Shown here one piece after another: positions 27,922 through 36,995 of a DNA stretch of 64,000 nucleotides. The DNA is from an uncultured Bacilli bacterium (GTDB lineage: Bacteria; Bacillota_I; Bacilli_A; RF39; UBA660), in NCBI GenBank assembly GCA_934163035.1, contig CAKPJX010000002.1, positions 79,062 through 143,061 of the forward strand, written 5' to 3'. The notes below the pieces were generated by a model. The model was given only the letters and a program-made list of their open reading frames with translations, made no database searches and was not told the DNA's origin. Each line of letters starts with the position of its first letter. Position 1 is the stretch's first letter. The position numbers were made by a program, and so were the translations under genes.

Positions 27922-28338
27922 TTATTTTTCTTTTACAAATCTCTTAATCTCTTTTTCAGCATTCTTAACCGAATCTGAAGCATGAATTGCATTATACATT
28001 TTATTAGTACCATATTTACCTCTAATTGTCCATTCAGGTGCCAAAGAACTATCTGTAGGACCAACTAAATGTCTAACCCTGCTAACAGCATTTTCTCCAG
28101 TTACTACCAAAATAGCAACATCATCAGACAACATATAATCACGAAGATCTGGATAAAATCCCATATTAATAATATGTGCATAGTGCTCATTTAAAGTTTC
28201 TGCATCAAGTCTTCTAGTGTCCTCATATGTAACATCTAACCCTTCATCTAAAAATGTATCAACAATTTCTTCATAATGTTCCATACCATCTGGTTTAACA
28301 ATAACCAAAGTAGATTCAATAACTTGTTTAAAACTCAT
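27922..28338 (-). CDS. ndk: Nucleoside diphosphate kinase
   Basis: TLVIVKPDG and NAIHASDS (active-site His). 138 aa. Confidence 0.9.
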   Translation of the reverse strand: MSFKQVIESTLVIVKPDGMEHYEEIVDTFLDEGLDVTYEDTRRLDAETLNEHYAHIINMGFYPDLRDYMLSDDVAILVVTGENAVSRVRHLVGPTDSSLAPEWTIRGKYGTNKMYNAIHASDSVKNAEKEIKRFVKEK

Positions 28339-28386
28339 TCATATTCCTCCTAGTGCAAGATATAATAACGTATAATGTTAAAAATA

Positions 28387-29514
28387 TCAATCTTTATCTA
28401 AAAACATTGCATAATACTCTTCATAGGAAATGTCATTATCATATATATACTTTGCTATATCAACTCCAACATATCTATAATGCCACGGCTCATATCTAAA
28501 ACCAGTTATACTTTCATACTTTTTTGGAAAGCGTAAAATAAAACCATATTTATAAGCATTTTCTAGCATCCAAGTATATTCTTTAGAATTAGCAAAAATA
28601 TTTGATGAACGACTTCCAACATCAAAAGATAGTCCCGTTTCATGTTCAGAAAAACCAGGTTTAGCCATATATTTATTTACATAGTTATCACCATACAATT
28701 TTTGATATTGAGTGCAAAGTTCCTCTTGATCATTATATGATCTATAACTAGAGTTAATAACTAAATCAAGTCCATCCTTTGAAGCAGCATTATACATCTT
28801 AATAAAAGCATCAAGTGCTTTTTTTGAAGCAAAATGCCCCTCACCATTAGTATATTTTTTATCAATCTTAACTAGGTCACTAGCAACCATATCCTTATTA
28901 ATACTATAGTGCTTATTAACTAGCATATCATAAGAAAATTTATTAACCAAAACAGGATTACTATAATCATCATTATCCATACCTAAATTAACATATAATA
29001 CTGTTGTTTTTTCATCCTCACCAGTCTCATCAGAATACTTAACATATCGATCATAATATTTAAGTTTAGCATAATCTATAGAATAAAATTCCTCTAAGTA
29101 TTGAATCTTTTTTCTTTTAGCAAATTCACTAACATCTTCATCATTACCATGAGCTAATATTAAATTGATATTATTATTACTGTAACCCTTAGATATCAAT
29201 GCATTAATATTTTTAATAAGATTTTTGTGATCATAATATTTAATTTTAGAATAACTATCCAAATTACTCTCTTTAAAGTCACCACTTTCAAATGCTTTAT
29301 TTAAAGTTCTATTTTCTCCAATAGATACAACATATTTTTTATTAAAAGTTACTAATATCTTTTTACTAGCAACGCTACTATATCCTAATGATGTTAAACT
29401 ATGTATTTGGTAAAGATAAAATAAAAGCATACATAAAAATATTATAATTATTGCTAATAAAATCTTTTCTACTATTATAAACGGTTTTTTCAATCTTAAT
29501 TTCTTTTTTACCAT
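28387..29514 (-). CDS. Membrane-anchored M15B (VanY-type) D-alanyl-D-alanine carboxypeptidase
   Basis: N-terminal TM. SYRSY..Q, SEHETGLSFD and EPWHYRYVG Zn-ligand motifs. Confidence 0.85.
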   Translation of the reverse strand: MVKKKLRLKKPFIIVEKILLAIIIIFLCMLLFYLYQIHSLTSLGYSSVASKKILVTFNKKYVVSIGENRTLNKAFESGDFKESNLDSYSKIKYYDHKNLIKNINALISKGYSNNNINLILAHGNDEDVSEFAKRKKIQYLEEFYSIDYAKLKYYDRYVKYSDETGEDEKTTVLYVNLGMDNDDYSNPVLVNKFSYDMLVNKHYSINKDMVASDLVKIDKKYTNGEGHFASKKALDAFIKMYNAASKDGLDLVINSSYRSYNDQEELCTQYQKLYGDNYVNKYMAKPGFSEHETGLSFDVGSRSSNIFANSKEYTWMLENAYKYGFILRFPKKYESITGFRYEPWHYRYVGVDIAKYIYDNDISYEEYYAMFLDKD

Positions 29515-29624
29515 TTACTTCACCTACTATAACAAGTATATAATATAAAAGTTAAAAAATAAACTCTATTATTAACATAAAACGAAATAAATGATAAAAT
29601 TAATCACAAAGGAATGATACTAAA

Positions 29625-30563
29625 ATGGAAAATAAATTTAAATATTCAAACAGTAATAAAAGATATCACACATTAGACTATTTCTATAAAACAAAATTTA
29701 ATTCAAAAGTATTTAAAGTAAGTTTAGATGCTAATTTTTCATGTCCAAATATTGATGGAACAAAAGGTTTTGGTGGCTGTATATATTGTTCTAAAATGGG
29801 TAGTGGAGAGTTTGCTGGAAATAAAAGCAAACCAGTTGAAGAGCAATTCATAGAAGTACGAAATATGATGCTTAAAAAATGGCCAAAAGCTAAGTATATT
29901 GGTTATTTTCAAGCACACACTAACACATATGCTCCAGTTCCAACTTTAAAAAATGTTTATGAAAAAATATTAAAACAAAAAGATGTCATTGGCCTAAATA
30001 TAGCAACAAGACCAGATGCCATAACAGATGAATGCCTTGAATATTTAAGCAATCTAAACAAAAAAACATACTTAACAATAGAGCTAGGTCTACAAACAAC
30101 AAAAGAAGAAACTTCAAAATTAATAAATAGATGTCACACACTAGAATGTTTTGAAGTAATGGTTCATAAACTTAGAGAAAAAAATATTAGCGTAGTAGTC
30201 CATATTATAAATGGTCTACCATATGAAACTAAAGAAGACATGTTAAACACAGTAAAATATATTAATAATCTAGATATTCAAGGTATAAAGATACACATGC
30301 TAAGCATCCTAAAGAATACAGCTTTAGAAAAATTATATGAAAAAGAAAAATTTCATATTCTAACAAAAGAAGAATATATTGACATTGTAGTAGAACAATT
30401 AGAATATTTAAGACCAGAAATAGTAATAAATAGAATAACTGGTGATCCTAAGAAAGAAGACTTAATTGAACCAACCTGGTTACTAAAAAAATTCTGTGTA
30501 CTAAATGATATTGATAAAGAAATGAAAAGAAGAGACACATATCAAGGAAGTAAATTAGACTAA
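29625..30563 (+). CDS. TIGR01212-family radical SAM protein (YtqA-like)
   Basis: FSCPNIDGTKGFGGCIYC cluster motif. 312 aa. Confidence 0.8.
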   Translation: MENKFKYSNSNKRYHTLDYFYKTKFNSKVFKVSLDANFSCPNIDGTKGFGGCIYCSKMGSGEFAGNKSKPVEEQFIEVRNMMLKKWPKAKYIGYFQAHTNTYAPVPTLKNVYEKILKQKDVIGLNIATRPDAITDECLEYLSNLNKKTYLTIELGLQTTKEETSKLINRCHTLECFEVMVHKLREKNISVVVHIINGLPYETKEDMLNTVKYINNLDIQGIKIHMLSILKNTALEKLYEKEKFHILTKEEYIDIVVEQLEYLRPEIVINRITGDPKKEDLIEPTWLLKKFCVLNDIDKEMKRRDTYQGSKLD

Positions 30564-30734
30564 ACTTTTCCATGACCACAGTTCCATAAAAACTACCATG
30601 CTAAAAACACACTAATATTAAGCAAATATTTGTACACACAATACTTAAAAATAGCATTTTTTACAAATTCTAAAATTCTCCTTGTTAACAGAATAAAAAT
30701 ATAATATAATTATTAAAGATAGAGGAGTAAAAAT

Positions 30735-31451
30735 ATGGCAAAGTTAACTAGTAAAGATTCAAAAATAATAGCAATAGCTTTAACTGCCTGGGGAATTATA
30801 TTTATTGGTAGTGGTTACACAATAAAGGCAATGGATAAACCTGTAAAAGTAACTAAAACAAAATTAGAAATAGTTCAAAGACGTGTTTCTCAGAAAAAAA
30901 CAAATGAATTAAAATTAAAAGACATAGAACTAGAGATAAATACACCACTAAGTCTTGATATAAAAGACTATTTAGATAACGCTGAAGAGATTGACAACGA
31001 AACAATAAAAAGTTTAAAGCTCGATACATCAATGGTAAATATTACAGAAGCTGGAACATATAAGTACACCATAACTTTTAAGAAAAAAAAGTATAGTGGC
31101 AATTGTACTATTAAAGAAAAGCCATTACCAAATCTTGAATTAAAATTAAACAATTTAAAATTACCTAGAGGTTCTTCACTTTCAACAGATTTATCAGTAT
31201 ATATATCACAGACTTTAGAAGAAGATGTAAAAAAGAACATCATTCTAGATCTATCAGCTGTTTCAACTACAGAAACTGGAATATATCAATATACAGTAAC
31301 CTACAATAATCGACTTTATACTGGAACAATAGAAGTTTACGAACCACAAACTAAAGTTATAACGCCAAACATTCCGAAGGATGAAGAAAATAACCAAGAA
31401 GATAAAAGTAAGGATGATTCAGAGCAAACTGAAAAAGAGGAAGAAAAATAA
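30735..31451 (+). CDS. Membrane-anchored protein with two Ig-like repeats and an acidic tail
   Basis: N-terminal TM. Repeats ITEAGTYKYTITFKKKKYSGNCTIKE and TTETGIYQYTVTYNNRLYTGTIEVYE. AGAGGAG RBS. Confidence 0.55.
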   Translation: MAKLTSKDSKIIAIALTAWGIIFIGSGYTIKAMDKPVKVTKTKLEIVQRRVSQKKTNELKLKDIELEINTPLSLDIKDYLDNAEEIDNETIKSLKLDTSMVNITEAGTYKYTITFKKKKYSGNCTIKEKPLPNLELKLNNLKLPRGSSLSTDLSVYISQTLEEDVKKNIILDLSAVSTTETGIYQYTVTYNNRLYTGTIEVYEPQTKVITPNIPKDEENNQEDKSKDDSEQTEKEEEK

Positions 31452-31486
31452 GTACTATTACATACATAACAGTACTTATTTTTTTA
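31450..31486. terminator. Bidirectional terminator between convergent genes
   Basis: AAGTACT (31450-31456) / AGTACTT (31471-31477) with T-runs on both strands. Confidence 0.65.
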
Positions 31487-31490
31487 TAGT

Positions 31491-33077
31491 TTAACTAATA
31501 CCTATTATTTTTCCATCAACAAAATCAATATGCCCATAATTAGGTTTTGCCGGTAATCCAGGCATCGTCATAATATTACCTAGAAAAATAGTAATAAAAC
31601 CAGCACCATTGTAAAGTTGAACATCCCTAACATGAACAATAAAATCAACTGGTGCGCCTAATTTTTTAGCATTGTCTGAAAAGGAATATTGTGTTTTAGC
31701 TACACAAATAGGAAGATTGCGTATATTATTTTGTTCTAAATAATCTATTTTTTTATTAGCTAAATCACTATAAGTAACATCAGTGGCTCTATATATTTCA
31801 CAGCAAATAGTTCTAATTTTATTTCTAATCGATTCATTATCTTTATATAATAGTTTAAAGTTGGAACTACTATCACAAAGTTCAACAACTTTACTCGCTA
31901 AAGAAATAGCACCAGTTCCACCATCAACATAAGAACTTGAAACTTCACAACAAACATTCATTTTATTGCAATAATCCACAACAGTCTTAATTTCAAAATC
32001 AGTATCAGCTGCATATTTATTTAAACATACAACTATATTCACTCCATATTTCCTTAAATTTTCGATATGCCTTTTCAAATTAGATAAACCATCTATTAAT
32101 TCATTATTTTTACCATTATATTTAAGTGCCTTTACAGTGGCAACTAAAACTACACAGTCAGGTTTTAAGTCTGCCACTCTACATTTGATATCAAAAAACT
32201 TCTCAGCACCTAAATCAGCACCAAATCCAGCTTCCGTAACAACATAATCAGAAAATGATAAAGCAAGTTTAGTTGCAACAACACTATTACATCCATGAGC
32301 TATATTAGCAAAAGGTCCACCATGAAGAATAACAGGAGTATGTTCAAGAGTTTGCACTAAATTAGGTTTAAAAGCATCTTTTAAAATAACAGTTAAAGCA
32401 CCTTGAATATTTAAATCTTTAGCATAAATCATCTCACCTTTACTATTGTAGCCAATAACAATATTTGAAAGTCTATTCTTTAAATCATCCAAAGAATCTG
32501 CCAAACAAAATAAAGCCATTATCTCACTAGCAGCAGTTATACAAAAAGAATCATCTCTACCAGATATAGCAATATTTCTAAGTGCCCTATCATTAACGTC
32601 CATACATCTATTAAAAATAACTTTTTGAATATCCAATTCATTACCGTGAAATATATGATTATCAATAGCTGCACTCAAAAGATTATTAGCAGATGTAATG
32701 GCATGAAAATCACCAGTAAAATGCAAATTAATGTTCTCCATAGGTATAATTTGACTTCGTCCACCACCAGTTGCTCCACCCTTAATACCAAATACTGGCC
32801 CCATAGAAGGCTGTCTTAAAGTAATACATACTCCTTTTCCAATACTATTAAGTGCATCACCTAATCCAATACTAACTGTGGTTTTACCCTCACCATAAGG
32901 TGTAGGATTAATTGCTGTAACTAATATCAGTTTACCAACCTTATCCTTATATACTCTATTAATTTTTGCCATCTTACTTCCATACAAAACAAGATCATCA
33001 TCAGTTAAACCAATTTTTCTAGCAATATCTTTAATATTAACAATAGGAACACTTCTAGCAATTTCAAGATCTGTCAT
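31491..33077 (-). CDS. fhs: Formate--tetrahydrofolate ligase
   Basis: 528 aa. PTPYGEGKTT P-loop, GPVFGIKGGATGGG. N-terminal TDLEIA. Confidence 0.93.
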   Translation of the reverse strand: MTDLEIARSVPIVNIKDIARKIGLTDDDLVLYGSKMAKINRVYKDKVGKLILVTAINPTPYGEGKTTVSIGLGDALNSIGKGVCITLRQPSMGPVFGIKGGATGGGRSQIIPMENINLHFTGDFHAITSANNLLSAAIDNHIFHGNELDIQKVIFNRCMDVNDRALRNIAISGRDDSFCITAASEIMALFCLADSLDDLKNRLSNIVIGYNSKGEMIYAKDLNIQGALTVILKDAFKPNLVQTLEHTPVILHGGPFANIAHGCNSVVATKLALSFSDYVVTEAGFGADLGAEKFFDIKCRVADLKPDCVVLVATVKALKYNGKNNELIDGLSNLKRHIENLRKYGVNIVVCLNKYAADTDFEIKTVVDYCNKMNVCCEVSSSYVDGGTGAISLASKVVELCDSSSNFKLLYKDNESIRNKIRTICCEIYRATDVTYSDLANKKIDYLEQNNIRNLPICVAKTQYSFSDNAKKLGAPVDFIVHVRDVQLYNGAGFITIFLGNIMTMPGLPAKPNYGHIDFVDGKIIGIS

Positions 33078-33273
33078 AATCTCACCTCTTCTTTATATAG
33101 TATATTATATAATAAACAATCAAACTTGTCATTTTAATAATAAAATCAGACAAATTTTACTTTTTCCACAATACTTTTTAAAAATCTATAAACTATAAAT
33201 ACAGAATTTTATAAATCTCCCATTTGCAATAAAATAAACTTAATGATAAGCTTCCTCTCGACAAGGAGGAAAT

Positions 33274-34701
33274 ATGAAAAAATTTATTTTAATATTAGTA
33301 GCAGCATTAATAACAATAGCACATATCGATGTTCAAGCAAATAATGAAAAATTTTATGAAGGAGAATATATAAGGGGAATATGGGTAAATAGAATTACTC
33401 CAGATAAAGTAAAATACTATAATCAATTTAGAGTACAAAGACAGCAAGGTTCAAATAATTTTGCATACTGTTTAGAACCATTTATACCAGTTAATGAAAA
33501 CGAAATGTACAACTCATCAACAAGGCCAGACAATCTAACAGAAGAGCAAATAAAAAGAGTATCATCAATTGCACATTTTGGTTATAATTATAAAAATCAC
33601 TATGATATAAAGTGGTATGCCATAACGCAGCTAATGATTTGGAGAACAGTTATGCCAAATGGAGATTTTTATTTCACAGATAGACTTAATGGTAATAGGA
33701 CTGATATATATCAAGATGAAATAGACGAAATAAATAATCTAATAAATAATTATGAAATAACTCCTAGTTTTAGTAATAAAACATTTAATTACGTTGTTGG
33801 AGAAGATATAACTATAATAGATTACAACAATATATTAAATAATTACTCTATCAACAATAATATTGCCAAAATAGAAAATAACAAATTAAAAATAGATAGT
33901 TCAAAAAAAGGAACTTATAGTTTTACATTAGAAAGAAAAGACAGATATTATAATAAACCAATAATTTTTTATAATTCACAAAGCAGTCAAAATTTAATGG
34001 AAACAGGAGACTTAAATCCCATAATTACAAAGTTAAACATAAATATAGATGAAACAGATATAATAATTAACAAGCTAGATTATGATAATAATTCTAAAGA
34101 AAATAGTGGAGAAGCTAAACTAGAAGGTGCAATATATGAAATTTTAAATGAAAAAATGGAAGTAGTAAAAGAGATAGAAATAGATGAATACTCTACTGCC
34201 GAAATTAAAAATTTAACATACCAAAAATATTATATAAGAGAAAAAAAAGCTGGTATTGGTTATCAATTAGATGATAAAATTTATGAATTTGAACTAAGCA
34301 AAAAAAGGCCATCTATAGAGTTAAATTTAACCAACAAAGTAATAAAAGCAAAAGTTATTATAAATAAAGTATATCAAAATGAAGATGGCATATACAATGA
34401 AGGCAATGCCTCGTTTGAAATATATAATAAAGGAGGAAAATTAATTAAAACAGTTATAACAGATGAAAATGGCCAAATCGAAATAGAATTACCATATGGA
34501 GAATACATGATAAAACAAACAACAACAATTACAGGATATGAAATAGTAAAACCATTTAATATAAAAATAGATTCTACCAAAGACAAATTTTTTGAATTAA
34601 TAGATTACAAAATTAAGGTTCCAAATACAGGCCTAAATAGAAATATTATAACTGATTTAATTAAGACATTATTAATAATACTATGTTCAAAAAGTTTATA
34701 A
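33274..34701 (+). CDS. Cell-wall-anchored adhesin with an N-terminal thioester (TQxA-type) domain and Cna-B/SpaA-like domains
   Basis: Signal peptide MKKFILILVAALITIAHIDVQA. Candidate thioester Cys in FAYCLEP and Gln in AITQLMIW. Repeats GAIYEILNE.., YYIREKKAGIGYQLD, YGEYMIKQTTTITGYE. C-terminal VPNTG + hydrophobic stretch + K. Confidence 0.7.
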   Translation: MKKFILILVAALITIAHIDVQANNEKFYEGEYIRGIWVNRITPDKVKYYNQFRVQRQQGSNNFAYCLEPFIPVNENEMYNSSTRPDNLTEEQIKRVSSIAHFGYNYKNHYDIKWYAITQLMIWRTVMPNGDFYFTDRLNGNRTDIYQDEIDEINNLINNYEITPSFSNKTFNYVVGEDITIIDYNNILNNYSINNNIAKIENNKLKIDSSKKGTYSFTLERKDRYYNKPIIFYNSQSSQNLMETGDLNPIITKLNINIDETDIIINKLDYDNNSKENSGEAKLEGAIYEILNEKMEVVKEIEIDEYSTAEIKNLTYQKYYIREKKAGIGYQLDDKIYEFELSKKRPSIELNLTNKVIKAKVIINKVYQNEDGIYNEGNASFEIYNKGGKLIKTVITDENGQIEIELPYGEYMIKQTTTITGYEIVKPFNIKIDSTKDKFFELIDYKIKVPNTGLNRNIITDLIKTLLIILCSKSL

Positions 34702-35195
34702 TAATTTTAATAATAGCCTTATTCTTGTCAACAACAAACTATAACAAAGTATCTAATAAAATCAACAAGTCAGTCTCAAGAAATAAGATAGAATATAATT
34801 ATATAGAACAAAAAGAAAAGGTCATTGGAAGCATCTTTATAGAAAAAATAAAAGTAAATAATAATTTATATGATATTAAAAATCCCTATAATAATGTTGA
34901 TAAAAATGTAACTATTCTCTACAAAGATAATAATACTATAGTTTTAGCCGCACATTCCGGAACTGAAAAAGTATCATACTTTAAAAACTTAAATAAATTA
35001 AAAGCAAATGACGAGGTAATCGTTAATATCAACAATAAAATAGATAGATACATAGTTGAAGATATCTGGGAAGAAGAAAAAAATGGAACTATAAATTTTA
35101 AAAAAGAAGAAAAGGAACAGCTAATTTTAACTACATGTAGTCCAGATAATAAAAAAAGACAATTAGTAGTAAGTTGCACAAAAAAAGAGCCTTAA
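34683..35195 (+). CDS. Small sortase (transpeptidase) coupled to the adhesin gene
   Basis: 170 aa with an N-terminal TM. Catalytic His in VLAAHSG, Cys in LILTTCS (TLxTC-like), downstream Arg (KKRQLVV). 19-nt overlap with the upstream gene. Confidence 0.75.
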   Translation: MFKKFIIILIIALFLSTTNYNKVSNKINKSVSRNKIEYNYIEQKEKVIGSIFIEKIKVNNNLYDIKNPYNNVDKNVTILYKDNNTIVLAAHSGTEKVSYFKNLNKLKANDEVIVNINNKIDRYIVEDIWEEEKNGTINFKKEEKEQLILTTCSPDNKKRQLVVSCTKKEP

Positions 35196-35206
35196 AGCTC
35201 TTTTTA
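35184..35206. terminator. Hairpin terminator between the sortase gene and tRNA-Asn
   Basis: AAAGAGC (35184-35190) / GCTCTTT (35197-35203) followed by T-run. Confidence 0.65.
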
Positions 35207-35217
35207 TAATTACTAAA

Positions 35218-35294
35218 TGGCGCCCCAACTAGGACTTGAACCTAGGACCCCTTGATTAACAGTCAAGTGCTCTAACCAGCTGAGCTATTGAGGC
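35218..35294 (-). tRNA. tRNA-Asn (anticodon GTT), CCA encoded
   Basis: Minus strand: GCCTCAATAGCTCAGCTGGTTAGAGCACTTGACTGTTAATCAAGGGGTCCTAGGTTCAAGTCCTAGTTGGGGCGCCA. Cloverleaf with anticodon loop CTGTTAA and T-loop GGTTCAAGTCC. Confidence 0.95.
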
Positions 35295-35313
35295 ATAAAA
35301 CCACATATAGTGA

Positions 35314-35826
35314 TTAACCTAAGTAATTTTTAATAGAATCAAAACCTTCCACATACTCATTAATCCTTCCACCCTCAAAAACAATAAGTGTAGGATTTTT
35401 AACTTTCAACTCACTAGCATTACTAGCATCAGGATTAGATTCTTCAGAACTTACAAACGGTTTGTTCAATGCATCACTTAAATCAACAGTATAAAGACTT
35501 AACGATTCATCCTTAGATCTATAAGAACTTACCAAAGATTTAATATCTGAAGAATTATCTTCATCGGTAGAATCATAATACAAAACAACATACTTATCAG
35601 AACTAACATCAAAACTAGAACCAAGTAAGATTTCCTGATTTTGAATTTCAGTACTACTATTGCCACTAGAAGTATTAACTGTAGGTTTCTTGCCTAAAAG
35701 AGCTATTGTTAATAAATAAAACAAGCCTAAAGAAACTAAAACAATAACTATAACTATGATAATATTTTTAAATTGTATATTAAATTCAGTATTACTATAA
35801 TTTAATTTTCTATTTCTTTTTGCCAT
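35314..35826 (-). CDS. Membrane-anchored protein, possible Cys-less thioredoxin-like fold
   Basis: N-terminal TM (IIIVIVIVLVSLGLFYLLTIALL). C-terminal YVVLYYDSTD...TLIVFEGGRI pattern. No CxxC. Confidence 0.45.
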   Translation of the reverse strand: MAKRNRKLNYSNTEFNIQFKNIIIVIVIVLVSLGLFYLLTIALLGKKPTVNTSSGNSSTEIQNQEILLGSSFDVSSDKYVVLYYDSTDEDNSSDIKSLVSSYRSKDESLSLYTVDLSDALNKPFVSSEESNPDASNASELKVKNPTLIVFEGGRINEYVEGFDSIKNYLG

Positions 35827-35906
35827 AACAAACCACCTAAAGGTATTATATCATAGTAAAAATAGAATAACAATAAATATTTATAAGGAAAAAGTAGAGT
35901 TAAACT

Positions 35907-36914
35907 CTACTTCATAGTAGGAAGCACATTAATAGATTGAGCAACCTCAATTAATTCATTTTGACTTAAAACATCACTAACAATATAATATTCTATCCCA
36001 TTACTAGTCCATGTCAATGAATTGTTAGTCATAACCCCTAATGTATCCATCAATTGGTATGGTTCACCATATGTAGGAATGATAGTAAATTCTTCTTCAA
36101 CATTAGCAGTCTCTTCCACTAACAAGAAAGGCTTTTCTCCATCAAAAGTTAAAATTATTCGCTCACCAGAGTCCTTTTTTAATTTTTCTTCACTTGTAAG
36201 TTTAGTACCTGTAGGTACAACAAGAGGATATATAGAAGAATCTAAATTACTAGTTTCCAATACCTCATCAGAATCTGTAGTATAAGAACTCATAATTGTA
36301 TCTAATTCAAAATAATTCTTTTTAAATGTTGGTGAATAGTCAATATCATTAAACTTCATAGTCATACATAATACATCTTTAGAATTATACACTTTAACGG
36401 TCTTAAACTTCAACTTTTTTGATAATTCTATATCCTGTCTAATCAATTCCTTATTGTTAGGATAATTAACTTTTGTAGAGAATATATAGCCATTATCAGT
36501 TTCCTTAAATGTCCTATTATTATCATTTGTTATATCACCTAATAAAGCACTTAATAAATAAATCTGTGAATTACTATAAGGCCAATCACTCTGAAATTTA
36601 AAGCTTTTATTAAGTGACGGTGTCAGTACATATACACCATCATTATTTTTTAAAATTACTTGTGTATGATTATTATTAACATTAGTTAAACTGACCTTAT
36701 AATAGTTACCCCTTTTATAACTAACTTCAATATTATAATTATAGACCTCATCATTATTAACAATTTCAAGATTTCCATCTAACTTATATGCGTTAGCCTT
36801 ATTTACTTTACTACTTAAATCTTTAACAACATCTTTTTCACCATATTTACCACATCCTGCTGAAATTAAAATGCCAGTTATCAAAAGAAGAAAAACAAAA
36901 ATTTTCTTTTTCAT
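35907..36914 (-). CDS. Lipoprotein (possible LolA-like/DUF4367-type sporulation lipoprotein)
   Basis: Lipobox ILISAGC. 335 aa. Located downstream of cdaA-cdaR. Confidence 0.55.
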   Translation of the reverse strand: MKKKIFVFLLLITGILISAGCGKYGEKDVVKDLSSKVNKANAYKLDGNLEIVNNDEVYNYNIEVSYKRGNYYKVSLTNVNNNHTQVILKNNDGVYVLTPSLNKSFKFQSDWPYSNSQIYLLSALLGDITNDNNRTFKETDNGYIFSTKVNYPNNKELIRQDIELSKKLKFKTVKVYNSKDVLCMTMKFNDIDYSPTFKKNYFELDTIMSSYTTDSDEVLETSNLDSSIYPLVVPTGTKLTSEEKLKKDSGERIILTFDGEKPFLLVEETANVEEEFTIIPTYGEPYQLMDTLGVMTNNSLTWTSNGIEYYIVSDVLSQNELIEVAQSINVLPTMK

Positions 36915-36995
36915 AGTTCACCCCATAATCTAATTCTAATTAATTATATTAGATAAAGATGAATTTATTACAAAAAAGAAATAGCCATAAAATGA

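Noticed and set aside
33078-33273. ZTP (pfl-motif) or THF riboswitch upstream of fhs. The regions upstream of glyA (45309-45420) and pflB (51027-51164) were also checked.
   Set aside because: These genes are classic targets, but none of the leaders contains the GC-rich conserved cores (e.g. GGGTCGTGAC / CCGGGCGGA...CCGCCTGGGC). The pflB leader is only about 15-20 nt long.
33078-35217. Direct repeat of the tRNA-Asn 3-prime end (att site) at the far border of the adhesin/sortase islet. Likewise a repeat of the ssrA 3-prime end within 45309-50648.
   Set aside because: Visual search found no partial copy of TGGCGCCCCAACTAGGAC or TGGTGGAGCTGAGGAGAATCG in those intervals. This needs a computational search to be definitive.
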